From contig JAYWIR010000062.1 of NCBI GenBank assembly GCA_036172245.1, forward strand, positions 372,001-436,000: a stretch of 64,000 nt of DNA. Reading direction: 5' to 3'. The notes beneath the pieces are model-generated. The model saw only the letters and a list, made by a program, of their open reading frames with translations. It ran no database searches and was not told where the DNA came from. The DNA is from Raillietiella orientalis (Eukaryota). Below, piece by piece: positions 1 to 11,958 of the stretch. Both the position numbers and the translations under genes were made by a program. Position 1 is the stretch's first letter. Every line of letters begins with the position of its first letter.

Positions 1-19
1 AAGCAAGCTAAATCCTTAC

Positions 20-522
20 TTTAAATAAATAAACAATCCCTACACACACTCTTCTACTTGCAAGCTTCAGATTGATACAAAGTTTAGTAACAGCTGAAGC
101 GATTTCCAGGTTTGTTTTATTGCTGTCTATATAATTTTGAAGGAGTCCAACTCCAGCCATGCATGCTTTGCATGATACACTACTCAACAAAGAATGTTCA
201 ATTTCATATATCACTTTATTTAAATTGAGTTGGGAAACTGCCCGTGATAAAAATTTGGGAAGATGAGAAAGCACAAGTGATCTATCAGTTCTGTTTGAAT
301 TAAAATATTCAAGCTCCTCATCAATTTCAATGCGAATTTTTGTGAAATTTAAATCTGTAATATTGAATATGTCAGATGCTTCTTTAGACAACTCAAATTC
401 ATCTAAGACTTCTGGAGGAATAATGTTTGGGAAAGATAAATCTCCAAATGGATGAATAGGCTCAGGTTTCATCTTGTACATCATATTTTTCAGTGAATGC
501 TCATCTCCAACAACTGGAATTC
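20..522 (-). CDS. SMPD1: Acid sphingomyelinase (sphingomyelin phosphodiesterase 1-like), coding exon 2 with start of saposin-B domain; gene continues off the left edge
   Basis: Translation ...SSVSCKACMAGVGLLQNYIDSNKTNLEIASAVTKLCINLKLASRRVCVGIVYLFK has the saposin-B Cys spacing (CxxC...C...C) typical of the ASM N-terminus. Acceptor aaacag at 524-523; donor gtaagg at 19; 503 nt (phase 1 to 0). Catalytic domain lies outside the window. Confidence 0.8.
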
Positions 523-575
523 CTGTTTACATATACCAACAAATAAATAATCCCATCACTAAAACGCTTACTTGC

Positions 576-639
576 CTTCTGTGGGGCACCATGATTCAGT
601 GAATACAAAAAGCAATATTAAATTTTGCAATCCACCCAT
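576..639 (-). CDS. SMPD1: Acid sphingomyelinase coding exon 1 (signal peptide MGGLQNLILLFVFTESWCPTE-G)
   Basis: ATG at 639-637 followed by a hydrophobic stretch. Ends AG|GCAAGT (GC donor, phase 1), which joins in frame to the exon at 522. Upstream acceptor tttcag at 656-655. Confidence 0.65.
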
Positions 640-1108
640 GTAAATTGCCTATACCTGAAACTGGATATAACAACAAACTTTTACATACTTCAACAAAACG
701 TGTTCCCCAAAGTGTTCAAATCTAAAAACGGAAAACTCAAATTTGGGATTAACGAACGCAATGGTTCAAATTGGATAATCCGGATAATTCTGAATTACAT
801 TGCCTCGTTAAGTTGGAATGAAATGCACCATCTGTACACAAAAGGCAGCCAGCATTAAAAACCAGAGAATCATAATTTCCACATAAAGGTCTTCACTTTT
901 GTGCATATTTCGGGTAATGAAACATGTTTATAATACTAACGTATGGCCTGCACACTGAAACTGTACACTTTCTGAAAGATGCACAGTGAATCAAGAGTCA
1001 TTTAAATACTACCAATTATAGTTATGAAATCGGCACTGATACTGCATCTTATTCCTTTTAAATTATAGACACTAAAACTTATCACAAATCATGAAAGATA
1101 ACACTCAC

Positions 1109-1390
1109 CCATCAGTTTGTTTTTTTTTTTTTCTTCTCCTTCCTGACCCTGTCTTTCCCAGTTCAAAAAACACTACACAAACATCATGAGGCTCCACTAC
1201 ACATGTTGGGAGGGGAAACCCACGTAAATGCTTTCGAAGGAATACATAACGGAATTTTCCAGAAGTAAAATCACACGTTACTTTACATCGGATAGTCTGC
1301 GGACAGTGGTCAGTTGCTGCTCATTAGTCACCGTCGCCACAGCACGCTGCTGGCGAGTCGCGCACGGTCCCACGCGAGGCCCACTGTACC
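1109..1390 (-). promoter_or_regulatory. Putative 5' UTR exon / CpG-rich promoter region of the SMPD1-like gene
   Basis: Consensus donor GG|gtgagt at 1108 upstream of the acceptor at 655. CpG density rises abruptly from about 1290. Transcription start not determinable. Confidence 0.3.
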
Positions 1391-1856
1391 TACTCCATAG
1401 GGAGGTCGCTTTTTTTTGCTTTTCTCTCTCCGCTCTCTCTCCCGTGGGCTCGAAGCTGCATTCACGAAATTACAGTAAGCATCGGCGGCATCTCCCAGAT
1501 GAAACAAACGTTATGGTGAACCCGGTTCTTTCCGGGTGTCCCCGAAATCGAGGTGGGAGGACTGCCCGTGCGCTTCGGCCCGGGGGAGCCGTCCCCGGGC
1601 GCCCCCGGGAGGAACACCGGTGGCACGGGCCCTTGGGGGAAAACGGCTCCCGTGGTGTCAGGGCTTCAGGAAACGGGGACCCCGGTCCACCTTGTTTATT
1701 AAAGGCTTGTTGTGTGTCTGGTTTATTCGGCGACACGAATGCCCTCCTCGGCTTCCGGGTGACGTCCCTATGACGCTGGAAAGATAGCCATCGGGATGTT
1801 GGAACGGTCGAGTCCAGTTTTTTCAAGCAACCTCCCTCGGGTGGCGGGTGGAGTGA
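1391..1856. other. Unassigned highly self-complementary element (candidate structured ncRNA or foldback element)
   Basis: Nested complementary segments 1392-1397/1849-1854, 1399-1411/1825-1837, 1446-1453/1808-1815, 1478-1483/1795-1800, 1487-1498/1776-1789, 1509-1516/1768-1775, 1538-1544/1674-1680, 1564-1571/1623-1630. Hairpin 1578-1600 has a loop complementary to 1643-1649. Confidence 0.4.
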
Positions 1857-4734
1857 AGCAACGCAGTCAGAGTCCGTGCTTTGTTCTGTTCCCTTTTTTT
1901 TTCCCTTTGTTTTTTTTTTTTCTTATCCCTCCCCCTCCCCTCTCCCCCCCCCCCATTTTGCTTGTATTTGCTTCTACGTGGATTATCGCTTGAAAGCAGA
2001 TGATGTAAAGGCACTCTATTCCAAATTTTTGTTGAAGGTTATCTGTCTGTTTTCGGATGGGGATGGAACGCTCATGAGAAACAGCATTTGACTTTGGTTC
2101 CCCCAATACAAATATGATGCGTACGTTCCGATGTAGTGATACAATGTTGAAGAAAAAAGAGCAACTGACACCCGCGAGCCTGGCGAATTTCTCTCGTAGA
2201 TTTCGATTTCTCTGATTTCCGACCCACGACTTTTATTGGCCATCACCTTTGTGGTTCGACGAAGTATCTGAGCAATACGCTCGTCGAGATCACGAGAGTG
2301 TGCTTTCATTTCAGTTTTTTTCTTTTTTTTTTTTCCTCCCTCCTGCACGCCTTGTTTTCAGTAGAAAACCAGAAAGGCCGTGGGATAGATCCTGCAGGGG
2401 GGGGGGGGGGGAATCATGTAATTTTCTAGTAGAAAATGTCATCTTTTGGATTTTGAAGGGCACTGTTTGCGAGTAACAATTCAGATTTTATTATTTCACT
2501 GTATCGCACAAAGGAATAATCATTTTTTGGTTTATTATTTCTGTACTGATTGCATCATCAACATGCATACGTGTTGTGAGCAAAAATGTGTGGCTTGAGG
2601 AGAGAATCGCTCCAAACTGCTTGGGACTGGGAGTTTCTGCAGCGGCGATGTCCCCAATCTCTCAGCCACTTGGAGGATGCTCTAAGCTCAGGAGCGTCTC
2701 ATCTCACAGAACGTTCCGAGCATACAACTGAGGTCCAGGTTTCTTCAGCCGATGTTGACCCTTGCAATGATCTCATGCACCCTGCGACTATGTGATGAGA
2801 CTTTCGTCATCCCGCCTTCGATGCTAATTAGTATTCACATTCAAGGTGCTCAAAGCACACGAAGTACAACAGTCAGCTGTGCCTGCGGCTCCTGGATCTC
2901 CTCGAGCTTCTTCTTCAGCCAACCTCATCAGCACACTGGCATCGCATGAGAAAGCTTCCTTTCATTCAGGTTTTGGACTATGGGCATCTGAGCTCGAAAG
3001 ATGAGTGTCTCGAAGTTTCGTTTTGTTTAATCAGAGTTCGGTCGAGTCGGAGTTCCCTTATCCTCTTCCTAAAGCAGTCACCGAGATTTGGCAGCTGCCT
3101 AGTGGCTTTGTGTACGGTGAAATTCGGCAACAGATTTGGCAAGTTCGTGGATCTTGAGATTTAACCTTTGGTTGGTTGTTTCCATCACAAGACCGCCTCC
3201 ATTTGATTTACATGGTTTTGTGGCAGTGCAGGAAATGAAATCCGAACTTGGTTTCCGCTGGTGTGAGCGTAGCAACCCAAAGGCCGATTGAGGAAATGGA
3301 AAGCGGCGCGGATACGTTCCTATTCCTTCCGCCGCTTCTTCGGGGAAAAAAAAAAATGCTCTTACATTTTCACAGAGACATCTCTGCGGTAAAAACACGA
3401 AGACTCACAGAAATCGTTTGCTCGGATTCAGATGCGTTTCCAGTCTCACAGAAGAAGAGGATGCAGATGGTAACATTTTCGTCCGTTTGGATGGGATTTC
3501 AAGTTTCAGAAGCTGAGGACGAAACTCTCAGCTTTCCACGGATACCCCGTGTCTTGGGAGATCTCAGGAGATCATGAAAAACAAGTACTGGTGCTCGCTG
3601 GCTCGTCGTGACGAGCCTGCGAGTTTCGAAGCTGACTCTAAAGTCGCGAGAAACTCAAGAGCGGAGTGATCTCTTGCAGCCATGATTTCTGCTTCAAGTG
3701 GAGTTTTCTCTCGAAAGAAACCGTCTGCACACCCCGAGATGTGACCGACGGGCTGATGCGATCGTTAAACGGGGACCACAACCCGCTCAGTTGTGAAAGT
3801 TGGCCCTTGCGTATGCTGCGGAGCTCTTCGCCATCGCATTTGCGGGGGAAAACGATGATCGACCCCCCTCTTTTCCCCAACACCTCCCGTTTCCGATGGA
3901 TGAGCGAGGCAACAGGGATACCAGCACGTGAGCGGAAAAGGAACCGGGAGGAAACCTGTTCCAGTGTTCTGCTCGGGGGAAGATTCCGGCCGGTGCTTTT
4001 CTCCAGCTCAAGCGGACGGGAGGACTTTTCGGGATTCCGGATCTGGAAGGTAGCGACTCGCAAGGTGAATCCTGGAGGAGGCACCCGTGAACCGGGAACC
4101 TCCCGGCGTCCTGCGGAGCCTCTTCCTCACAGACACCACGGTTGTGGACGAGCCCCTCGGAGGCAGAGATGCATGCTATGAGAGGCATATGAGACCTGCT
4201 GAGTTCTCCCCGTTCCCACACTGGAACGGGGAGAACCGGAGGACCTTCCATGAAGAACGAAGTCTCCCTTCCCGACGAACGTTGCAGCGGGATGAAGGGA
4301 CTTCGGAGTTCTTCCGCAGCTTCAGAAAGTCCTAGCTACGTCCCAAAGAAATGGGAGAATCGAATCCTCGGAGTTCCAATCTTCCTACGTTCCTCAAGCA
4401 TCGAACAGAAAGGGACTGGGGCCGAAAGCGCCTCGTCAGAAAGGGAAGTGGGAGCTCTGTCTTTCGTGGGTTGGTGGCGGCCAGGAGCAATCGTGGGAGA
4501 GAGAATGCGCCCCCATGGTTCGCAATGCTCCTATTGGCCTAGGATGACGGAAGTCCTCTGGGGTTCTTCTGCTTTCGCTGCTTCCTTCTAGCCTACTTTC
4601 TTCTTCGAGTTTCCCTTTTTTTGGTTCTCAAGGAGCGCCGAAGAACCGCCCGCTTCCAAGGAGGAGGGGGGACACGAAGCTCTTCCCCAGCACCGTCTGC
4701 GTCACCTGAGGGTGCATGTGGCTCTTCAAGTTAC

Positions 4735-4947
4735 AGGGGGTAACCCCGGTGAATGAATCCAGGGAGACTCCGGAGGAAGGAGGAGTCCGTTCCTCTCACT
4801 CTTGGGAAGGAATCCCGAAGGGAATCACCTCTTCCTTGTTTTCTCCGGAGAGAAACCTGGAAAGGATCCCCTCCTCTGAAGAGAACCCCAAAGGGACTCT
4901 TCCCACTTTCTCTGAAGGGAGCAAGGCACTTCACACTCTGGAGAAGG
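4735..4947. repeat. Dispersed repeat copy 1 (related to 43346-43620)
   Basis: Shared ordered blocks agggggtaacc..gg, atccagg, gagtc.gttcctctc, ggaatcccgaagggaa, tgttttctccgga, acactctggaga. Confidence 0.6.
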
Positions 4948-5858
4948 TATCGTGGCGAAGGCACCTCGCGACCGCATCGGCGGGATTGCCGGGACCTCGG
5001 AAGTCAGGGGCTTCCGAGTTCCCTGCCGGAACAAGGGGAAGGGATCGCATCGTAAACGACGGAAGATTCTCTCCTGTCCCGCCTGCGCGGGGTCCCGGGA
5101 CCACAGCAAGTTTGGTTGGCTCGCAACCACGAGCTCTCGCGTTCGGAGAAGCCCTCCTCCCGCCGTTGGTCCGGCAGGGGCGTTTCCTCTGAGGGCCCGA
5201 CTCCCGATGCTCTTCCTCCGAAGCAAGGGTATGCCCTGTGTCCCTGGAAGCTCTCCCTTCCCCTTTCTGGGAGCCCGCGGGCGCGCTGCCTCTTGTTTTG
5301 ACAGAGGCGGGTGCAACGGTGGGGTGGGGGTGGGGGACACGCAGACAAGATGGACGTACCGTGGCAACGGGCGCGCGCGCTTGGTGGCTTCCCCTGGGCC
5401 AGCGAGCGCGCATCGCACGTTCCTTTCTCTTTTTTCGTTTGGGTGTTCAGGAAGGCGATACGAAGTCTCTCGGCCGAAGTTTCCTACCTGAGGGACGGGG
5501 GGGAGGAGGAAGAAGGGGCAAGGACGAAACGCTGCGCGCTCTGCGAGGAGCCCGAGTGTTCCTCGAGCTCTCGGGTCCTGTGCGGTGCGGGACCCCCAGT
5601 GGGCACCCCCGATGTCGTCATGGGTGGGGGAAAGAGAGAGGTAGAAAGGGAGGGAGGGTTGCAGGATCGGGGCGAGTACACGCGCGCGACCCCTCTGAAT
5701 GATCGGAGGGTAAGCTGGCGCCACCCGCAACTCGACGTTTCCTGGAAAATGCAAAGTTTTTATTTTCTGGACCTTTTCTTCTTCTTCTTCTTCTTCTTCT
5801 TCTTCATCATCATCATCAACTCCTCCTCCTCTTCCTCTTCTCCCTCTTTTTTTTTTTT

Positions 5859-6036
5859 TTAACAAAAATACTGCGGATCCCGTTGGTGCCCGACACCCAG
5901 GATGCTTGCGACGTGCCGCGCGTGCGTGCTCTCATAAGTCTTCGGGAAGAAAATGGGAAATTCTGGGAGCGCGCCGAGTCGATCCCCACGTCGCCGTGGC
6001 AGCAAATCCTCGTTTCCTCCGGGCTCTCCGCGGGTG
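5859..6036 (-). CDS. Ca-alpha1T: Cav3 putative terminal coding exon (TRGEPGG...PQYFC-stop)
   Basis: Strong polypyrimidine acceptor ccttcttccttttcccttcgcag, phase 2 matching the preceding candidate exon. No homology support. Confidence 0.3.
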
Positions 6037-6233
6037 CTGCGAAGGGAAAAGGAAGAAGGTTTCTCCGGCGACCCGGTTCATCCAGAGGATCATCCCGCTG
6101 CTGCCACAGAACGGTCGTCGCGAGTAAACGAGACGCGACACACAAAGGTCGGCGGGTCTGCTCGCCACGGGGATGGAGGGGGGCGGCCGCCCTCCTGAAG
6201 GAGCACCTTCAAGGCTCCCACCCATCGCTTCAC

Positions 6234-6354
6234 CTCTGGACTGCCAGGCTGTCCAGCCACCTGTCGAACTGGACCCTCTCGTTCGTAGAGATGGAGCTGT
6301 TCAGAGAGATGCGACGGAAAACGGGCTGGAACTCCGGCCTCAGGTGGTGGTAGT
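6234..6354 (-). CDS. Ca-alpha1T: Cav3 putative C-terminal exon (DYHHLRPEFQPVFRRISLNSSISTNERVQFDRWLDSLAVQ)
   Basis: Acceptor cctcctgtctttcag, donor AG|gtgaag. Phase 1 start matches the 9411 exon. Protein-like composition with GC3-rich codons. Confidence 0.45.
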
Positions 6355-9300
6355 CTGAAAGACAGGAGGAGGGGGGCGTCGAGCGGCGGGAAGAAAGGGA
6401 CGAGCGTCCGACGAAGATCGGGTCTCTACCTCCCCTGGTGCGGAGGAGGAAGCAGAGGACGCGCCCTTCCGTCGACGGGGGTGTGGAGACAGCTTCGCCG
6501 CCGCCGTCTTCAGCCATGGTAGACGCCCGGGGTGGTGCAGGGATGGGGTGATGTGGGGGCCTAAGAGATGCAGCCAGGTGGCTCCGAGACCAGAACGCAG
6601 AGAGGACGGCGACAAGGAAGCGCCGCGCCCCTCTGGACAGCCACCTCAGAGACGTCCGGCTTGCGAACCGCCGTGCAGGTGCGGCGGAGAGCATGAAAAG
6701 GAAGACCTCCCAGATCGTCACACAGGGGAGGTGGTACTGTCACCCGCTCCCCCTTCCTTCCAGTTCCCCTCAGAGGAGCGAGAACGAGCTCGGTGCCGTC
6801 CCGCTGCGAGGAGCACGGTGGGCCGTGAATGCAACAAGGAGGGACAAGGAGCCCACCAGAGGCCAGAAGAAGCCCAGGGTGCGCGCAAGGGGTCGTCCGA
6901 CGAGACGCTTACGCGCGGTTTCGAAGTGGGGCTCAGGGGAGACTTTGTGCAGTTCGTCGAGGAACCTCCGAAGGGGGAGGCGGCGGATCCCTTCCCCGCT
7001 CTGCAGGGTCGGGTCGTCACGGAGGGCGGCTGCTGGAGCCGAAAGAGGTCCTTGCAGGGAGTTCCAAAGAGGCAGCGGTCCTGCCAGTATCCCAGCGAGG
7101 GGCCGCAGAATTCGGCGAAGACGATCTCGAGATCGCCCTACTGCCTCCGCATTCTTGGAGGAGGGTGGCGGCGCGCCTCGCCCCCGAACAGAACGCGGGG
7201 GACTCAGGCGGGAGTCTGCGCGTGGGTGCATTCCAGCTGTGTCAGGGGCTCCCACCACGTTTCGGAGGGGACAGGAATCACGTGGCAGGCGAAGCATCAT
7301 CCGAATGGACCGCTTCCGGGACCGCGCGGGGACGGTGGTCGCTCCCAGCACCTGCACCCCCCATCTCCTCCTCCTCCCAGCGTCGTTTCCGCGTTCGGTG
7401 TGGGAGTGAAGCGCTGCGCTCCCATCCGTTCCCAGCAAGGGAAAAGCGAAAAAAGAGAACGTAGTTGCGCATCTTCCGCCTACACCAGCAACAATAGCAG
7501 CTGGGAAGTTTCCCACGGGAGCGATTCCTTCGGGAGCATAGGGAGAGCAGAGGGAGGGGAAGCTGGTGAAGTTGCTCGTTCGGAGGGGCTCGCCGGATCG
7601 CGGCTGGCCCGCCCCAGTCCTCCTCGTAGACCAGTCCTCCGGAGGCGGACTCCGTCGCCATGAGCAGCAGCAGCGACTGCCCTCCGTCTGGCAGGAAGGC
7701 GCCCCCCGGTCCGCTTTCTGCCCTCGGGGGGAACGGACCTTAGAGCCCCAGTGGGTCTTCTCTTCGCGCGAGTCCCCCCCTCAGGGCTTTCCGATCCTCA
7801 CTCGCCCTCGGCAACCCACTGCCCCTCCTCCCCGTAGCTTCCCTTTCTATGCGGAGTTCCTTAGGGCGCTTCGAGCTCAGGCGATGAAAGCGCCGCGGGC
7901 GACTGCGCGGCGCCGGCCGCTGCCAGGCGAGAGCGACCTCACTGCGGCCCTCCTCCCCGTCCACGGGAACCAGCGGTGCACAGGGGGCGACCGCCCCTCA
8001 TCCTCTTTCTCACTGGGTCCCTGGACCATGCCCGGGAGTCTTCCTAGAGCGCTTAGTCCCTTGCAACGTCTTGCCCAGTCAGCAGCTCCTCGCGGACGGG
8101 AGCGCCACGTCGTTGTGACCCGCCCGCTGCTTGCGGCTGCTCCAAGTCCTCTGCGCCGGGACGGACGCCTTTGCTCCTCGAGGGAGGGGCCTCTGGAGCC
8201 CACAGGGAGGCAGAGGTCCGTGCAATAGGGGCCACTCGCCTCCCGCCTGCAGGTTGGCGGAGGCTCCTCTGACGCGAGAGTTCCCCAGCGCACCGAGGGA
8301 GGGGCCGGGGGGGGAGGTCCTCGAGTCGGTCATTGCTGGGAGTCTGCTCCCCGTGGAGCAAGGAGAGGGAGAGGATCACCCCCCACCATAGCACTCAAGA
8401 AGATTCCCTCCAGTGGTGTCAGGCATCAGGCTTCTGCAGTCGTCTAGCAGGGGTGAGGGGCGGGAGTAGCCTTCTCGCAGAGCGGCTAGGAGAGAAGGCC
8501 CGAAGCCCCCCTCTCTCCCCAAAAATCTCGGCTCAGCTGTCCTCTCCGAAGTGGCTCGGTTGAAGGAGGCGCCGGAGCCAGCCGGTCTCCCCGTAAGCAT
8601 CCCTTGCCGGTGCGCTCCATCGACCGGGATCTCCTCTCTCCCCCGTTTCCAGCATGAGGCGCCATACGAAGAAGCGGTGGAGGCGGCAGGCAACAACGGA
8701 GGATGTGTGGAGAAGGCCGGTTCGGCGGGTCATCGCCCCCCTCGCCACGACCCTCGGGGGAAGGAAGGCAGTCGGCATTCCCAGGAGGCGGCCAACCGGG
8801 AGCCCTGACGGCGACAGCAGCCCGCGGCCATATGAGCTCCTCTAGGACCACCGAGGCGCCCCCGGGTGGTCAGCCGACGTGCTCGTCGCTCCTGACCCTT
8901 GGTAGGAGAATCCCCTTGTCCGGGAAGGGGTCGGGTCACTGCTATCCGAAGGGAGTCTTCTGCGCAGGCGAGCAGCGGATCACTCCGGAGGGAGAGGAAG
9001 CGGAGAAGGGGCGCGCTGCGCACAGGAGGTCAAAGGCCCTCGATCCCTGGAGCGACGAGCGTGGAGCAGCGCCCGGCCGAGAACCCGGAACACGCGCGAG
9101 GCCCTCGCTGCCTCCGCCTTGATTCGGTTTTTCCCTTCCGGGCACGCCGCGCCCAGGCAGGACGACAGCGGTGGCTCGTTTCCGGTTGGAGGAGTCCCTG
9201 AGAGCACGGAACCCCGGCGAGCGTCTTCCGCTGCCCGGAGCCTTCGCTGCGAACGGAGAGGGGAAGGGGGAGGAGTAACGGGCGAAAGAACAACGAACCC

Positions 9301-9410
9301 GCGCGAGCGGCGGGCGGCAGCGGCATCGGAGAGTCCCTCGAAGGAGGGAGGGGAGTAGCAGCAGCAGCAGCAGCGCGCGCGCGGCCTGGTCTCTCGCTGC
9401 GCAGTGTCAC

Positions 9411-9513
9411 CTGTCGGTCCTGCGTCCTGGAAGCACAGGTTCAGGCCGCTGGGCACCGAGAAGCATCTCACCATGGGGGGTCTCATCCTCCGCTTGCGCC
9501 GCAGGAGCTCCTT
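9411..9513 (-). CDS. Ca-alpha1T: Cav3 C-terminal exon (KELLRRKRRMRPPMVRCFSVPSGLNLCFQDAGPT)
   Basis: Acceptor ccaatttcag, donor AG|gtgaca, phase 0 to 1. Resembles, from memory, the RPLxKxxSLPxNF segment of arthropod Cav3 tails. Confidence 0.55.
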
Positions 9514-11883
9514 CTGAAATTGGTGCGTGCGCGCATGTCAGACGGGTCAAAAACGCAAGGCGCCTCCTCCGCTTGTCGCCGGAAGCGGCCTCGCCTTTGC
9601 TTCGTCTTTCTCTTTCAAAGCACGTGGAGTGAGGGGAGGGGAGGGGGGACCAGACGGCGGGCGAACCTCCTCGTGCTTCGCGAAGGCTTCCGGGCCAGAG
9701 CCGCTCCGTGAGTTCATCGACACGGTCCGAGGGGACAGGAAACTTCGGTGACGACCGCCTCGCGGAGGACCACGCGCTTGAAGGAACGCGGCCTTCGGAG
9801 AGGCGCCACGCTCTCCACAGTTCCGGCGCGGCGAGAGAGCCCCACCCCCTCCCTTCCGAGAGGGAGAGGAGTGGACTCCCTCCCGGCCACCCCTTTCCCG
9901 TCCACTCTTCCAGGTACCCTGCCTGAAGCGCCCGCGGAACGGGCGGCGGCGAGGAAGCACGCGGGCCCAGAGAGGCCTCCGCCCCCGCCGGATCGGATCG
10001 AGGGCGCGCCCTCCTGCGCGCCATATCCGCCGCGCGGAGTTCAACGCTCTCCTGCTGCACGCCTCCTCCGGAATACACGCGCGACGCATTCCGGAGGAGG
10101 TGCACAGCAGAAGAGAGGTGAGGCGGTCCCCGGCGCGCGGTACAGAGATAGGCTCCCGTGGGTTCGCCTGGAACGCCTCCTCCGACCTCGCCTCCAGAAT
10201 AAAACTCTTCGCCACGGGTCATCCTCGCTTGCACGCGCAGCGTCCCGCGGTGGATCCAAGGGCAGCGGCGACTAGCTCCTGAAGGATGGATTCGGAAGTC
10301 GCCGCCGTCCGGCCTTTCCTTTTGGGGGCGGAAGGCGCTCGCCCATCGCCCCCCATAGCTTTCGGATCGACGAACTCGCGAGTTCCTTTCTCGAGTGGTG
10401 GCACCTCATGGGACGTGAGTGCGATCCTATGAACGCCACGGAGGGCCAGTTTTCCCTAGTGACGGAAGGAAACGACCATGACCCACCACCCTCGCTCGCT
10501 CCCTCTAGGAGAGGAGGAGAGAGAGGAAGGAGGCAACCGGACGGAGTCCTGCGTCTCGGCTACCGCAGAACGAAAGCTCGTCGGTCGCCCGCGGGGCTGT
10601 CGTCGCAATGCGGATCGGGACAATGGGGGACGTCGTTCTGGCGCGTCGACCCAAGACTTGCCCCGAGGCAACGCCCCTGGTTATCCACCGAGCCTTCTGT
10701 TCTCCTCCTCCTCCTCCTTTTTTCGATCTGGTGATCATTCCACTTATCACGCGGTCTTCCCACTCTTTCCCATATCCCAACGACTGCTTATCTGGCGTGA
10801 TTTCTCGAACGGGAGCAGAAAGGTCGCACCCCGAATTTCGTAATCGCCTTATCACTGGAGAGCCGGGAGCACGGCAGCGGCCTGCGCTCCCCCCTGCCGA
10901 GCCGGCCAGCCGCCTGCTCCACTCCGGGATCGCGCCCTCCCTCCCTCCTCCTCCTCCTTCGGACCTGCAAACACCTCCGGCGCGAACGGGGCTTGGTAAC
11001 GGGTCCGACCTGCAGCTCCCTGTCAAGGGGACGCGGGTCGGCGTCCGCTTTCCCGCACGTCGTCAGACGGCATTCCGGCGCGCCCCCCAGACACACCACT
11101 GTTACAAGCGGACCGAGACCCTGGGAGCACCGCTCGATCCGCCTGCGGGTAGGAACAGGTTCCCGCACCTCGGTTACGCTCCAGCCGATCACAAAATGCA
11201 ACCCATCTTCAGCATCCTTGGAGGGAAGGAAGGAAAGTTGCGTGAAAGCTGGGGCGGCGGTTGTCTCAGGCCCAGCTTTTCTTCGTTTCCCTTCGGTCAG
11301 TGCGCGAGCGACAGGTTCTCTCACGCAGGGAAGGGATTTGCCGGCATCTGCGCTCTCTCCCGGGTTCATGGACCTGACTTTTAAGAGTCATCGGTAAAAA
11401 AGTTCCCTCTGGGAACATGCGAGACCAAGCCATCTGGCAACAGAGACGCGTAAGAGCCAACGGTGTAGTGGCAAGGTTGCTTCGAGGGTTCCACGCAGGC
11501 CGCCGTCGAGGCAGCACAGGGGGGTGGATTCCGGGGAAAACGAAACACCTTCCGGAAACCAACTTTTTTCGGTCAGCAACCCTGCGCGGATGAAGGTCAT
11601 TCGTTTTTTCCTCCCTCTCTTTTTGAGACCGGAGCTTTCTCACGTGCCTCGGGTTCCTGCTCGGCATCCCTGGGAGACTGCGTGGTCACTGCTGCGGACG
11701 GATCGAGGTCCGTCACCAGCGACCTGCTTGCCTGTCACAATCAATCAAGCAGCAATCAGCAGCGTTCTCGCGACGTAAGCGGAACCACAGAATGCGACTT
11801 TGGCGAGGAGGGTCTGCGTCGTGTCAAGCGCGAAGCGGCGCTTCCTCCGATTTGACTCAGCAAAAGGAAATCCTTGTATGTAC

Positions 11884-11958
11884 CTTTGATAGCAATGCTG
11901 CTTTCTCGAAGATCCATTCTCTTTCCAGCTGCTCGTCTATCTCAGCATCTTCATCGAG
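11884..11958 (-). CDS. Ca-alpha1T: Cav3 proximal C-terminal exon (LDEDAEIDEQLEREWIFEKAALLSK)
   Basis: Acceptor ttttctcccttttcag, donor AAG|gtacat. Acidic DAEI..LERE helix as expected after DIV S6; 75 nt, phase 0-0. Confidence 0.8.

Noticed and set aside
1391..1856. Identification of the structured element as telomerase RNA, RNase MRP/P, SRP or 7SK
   Set aside because: No CUAACC-type template on either strand. GUCCCC/GGGGAC lacks the GAAAG CR-I context and 3'-proximal CR-V position. No SRP helix-8 or 7SK GAUC motifs. The ccacccg x2 repeat matches no telomere motif I know.
2500..3000. Additional Cav3 terminal exons and polyA site
   Set aside because: An AATAAA is present on the minus strand near 2532-2537, but no phase-consistent, homology-supported exon was found
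10600..10870. RTE-like LINE 3' remnant (RRLRNSG...ISGMITRSKK)
   Set aside because: Similarity too weak to call by eye
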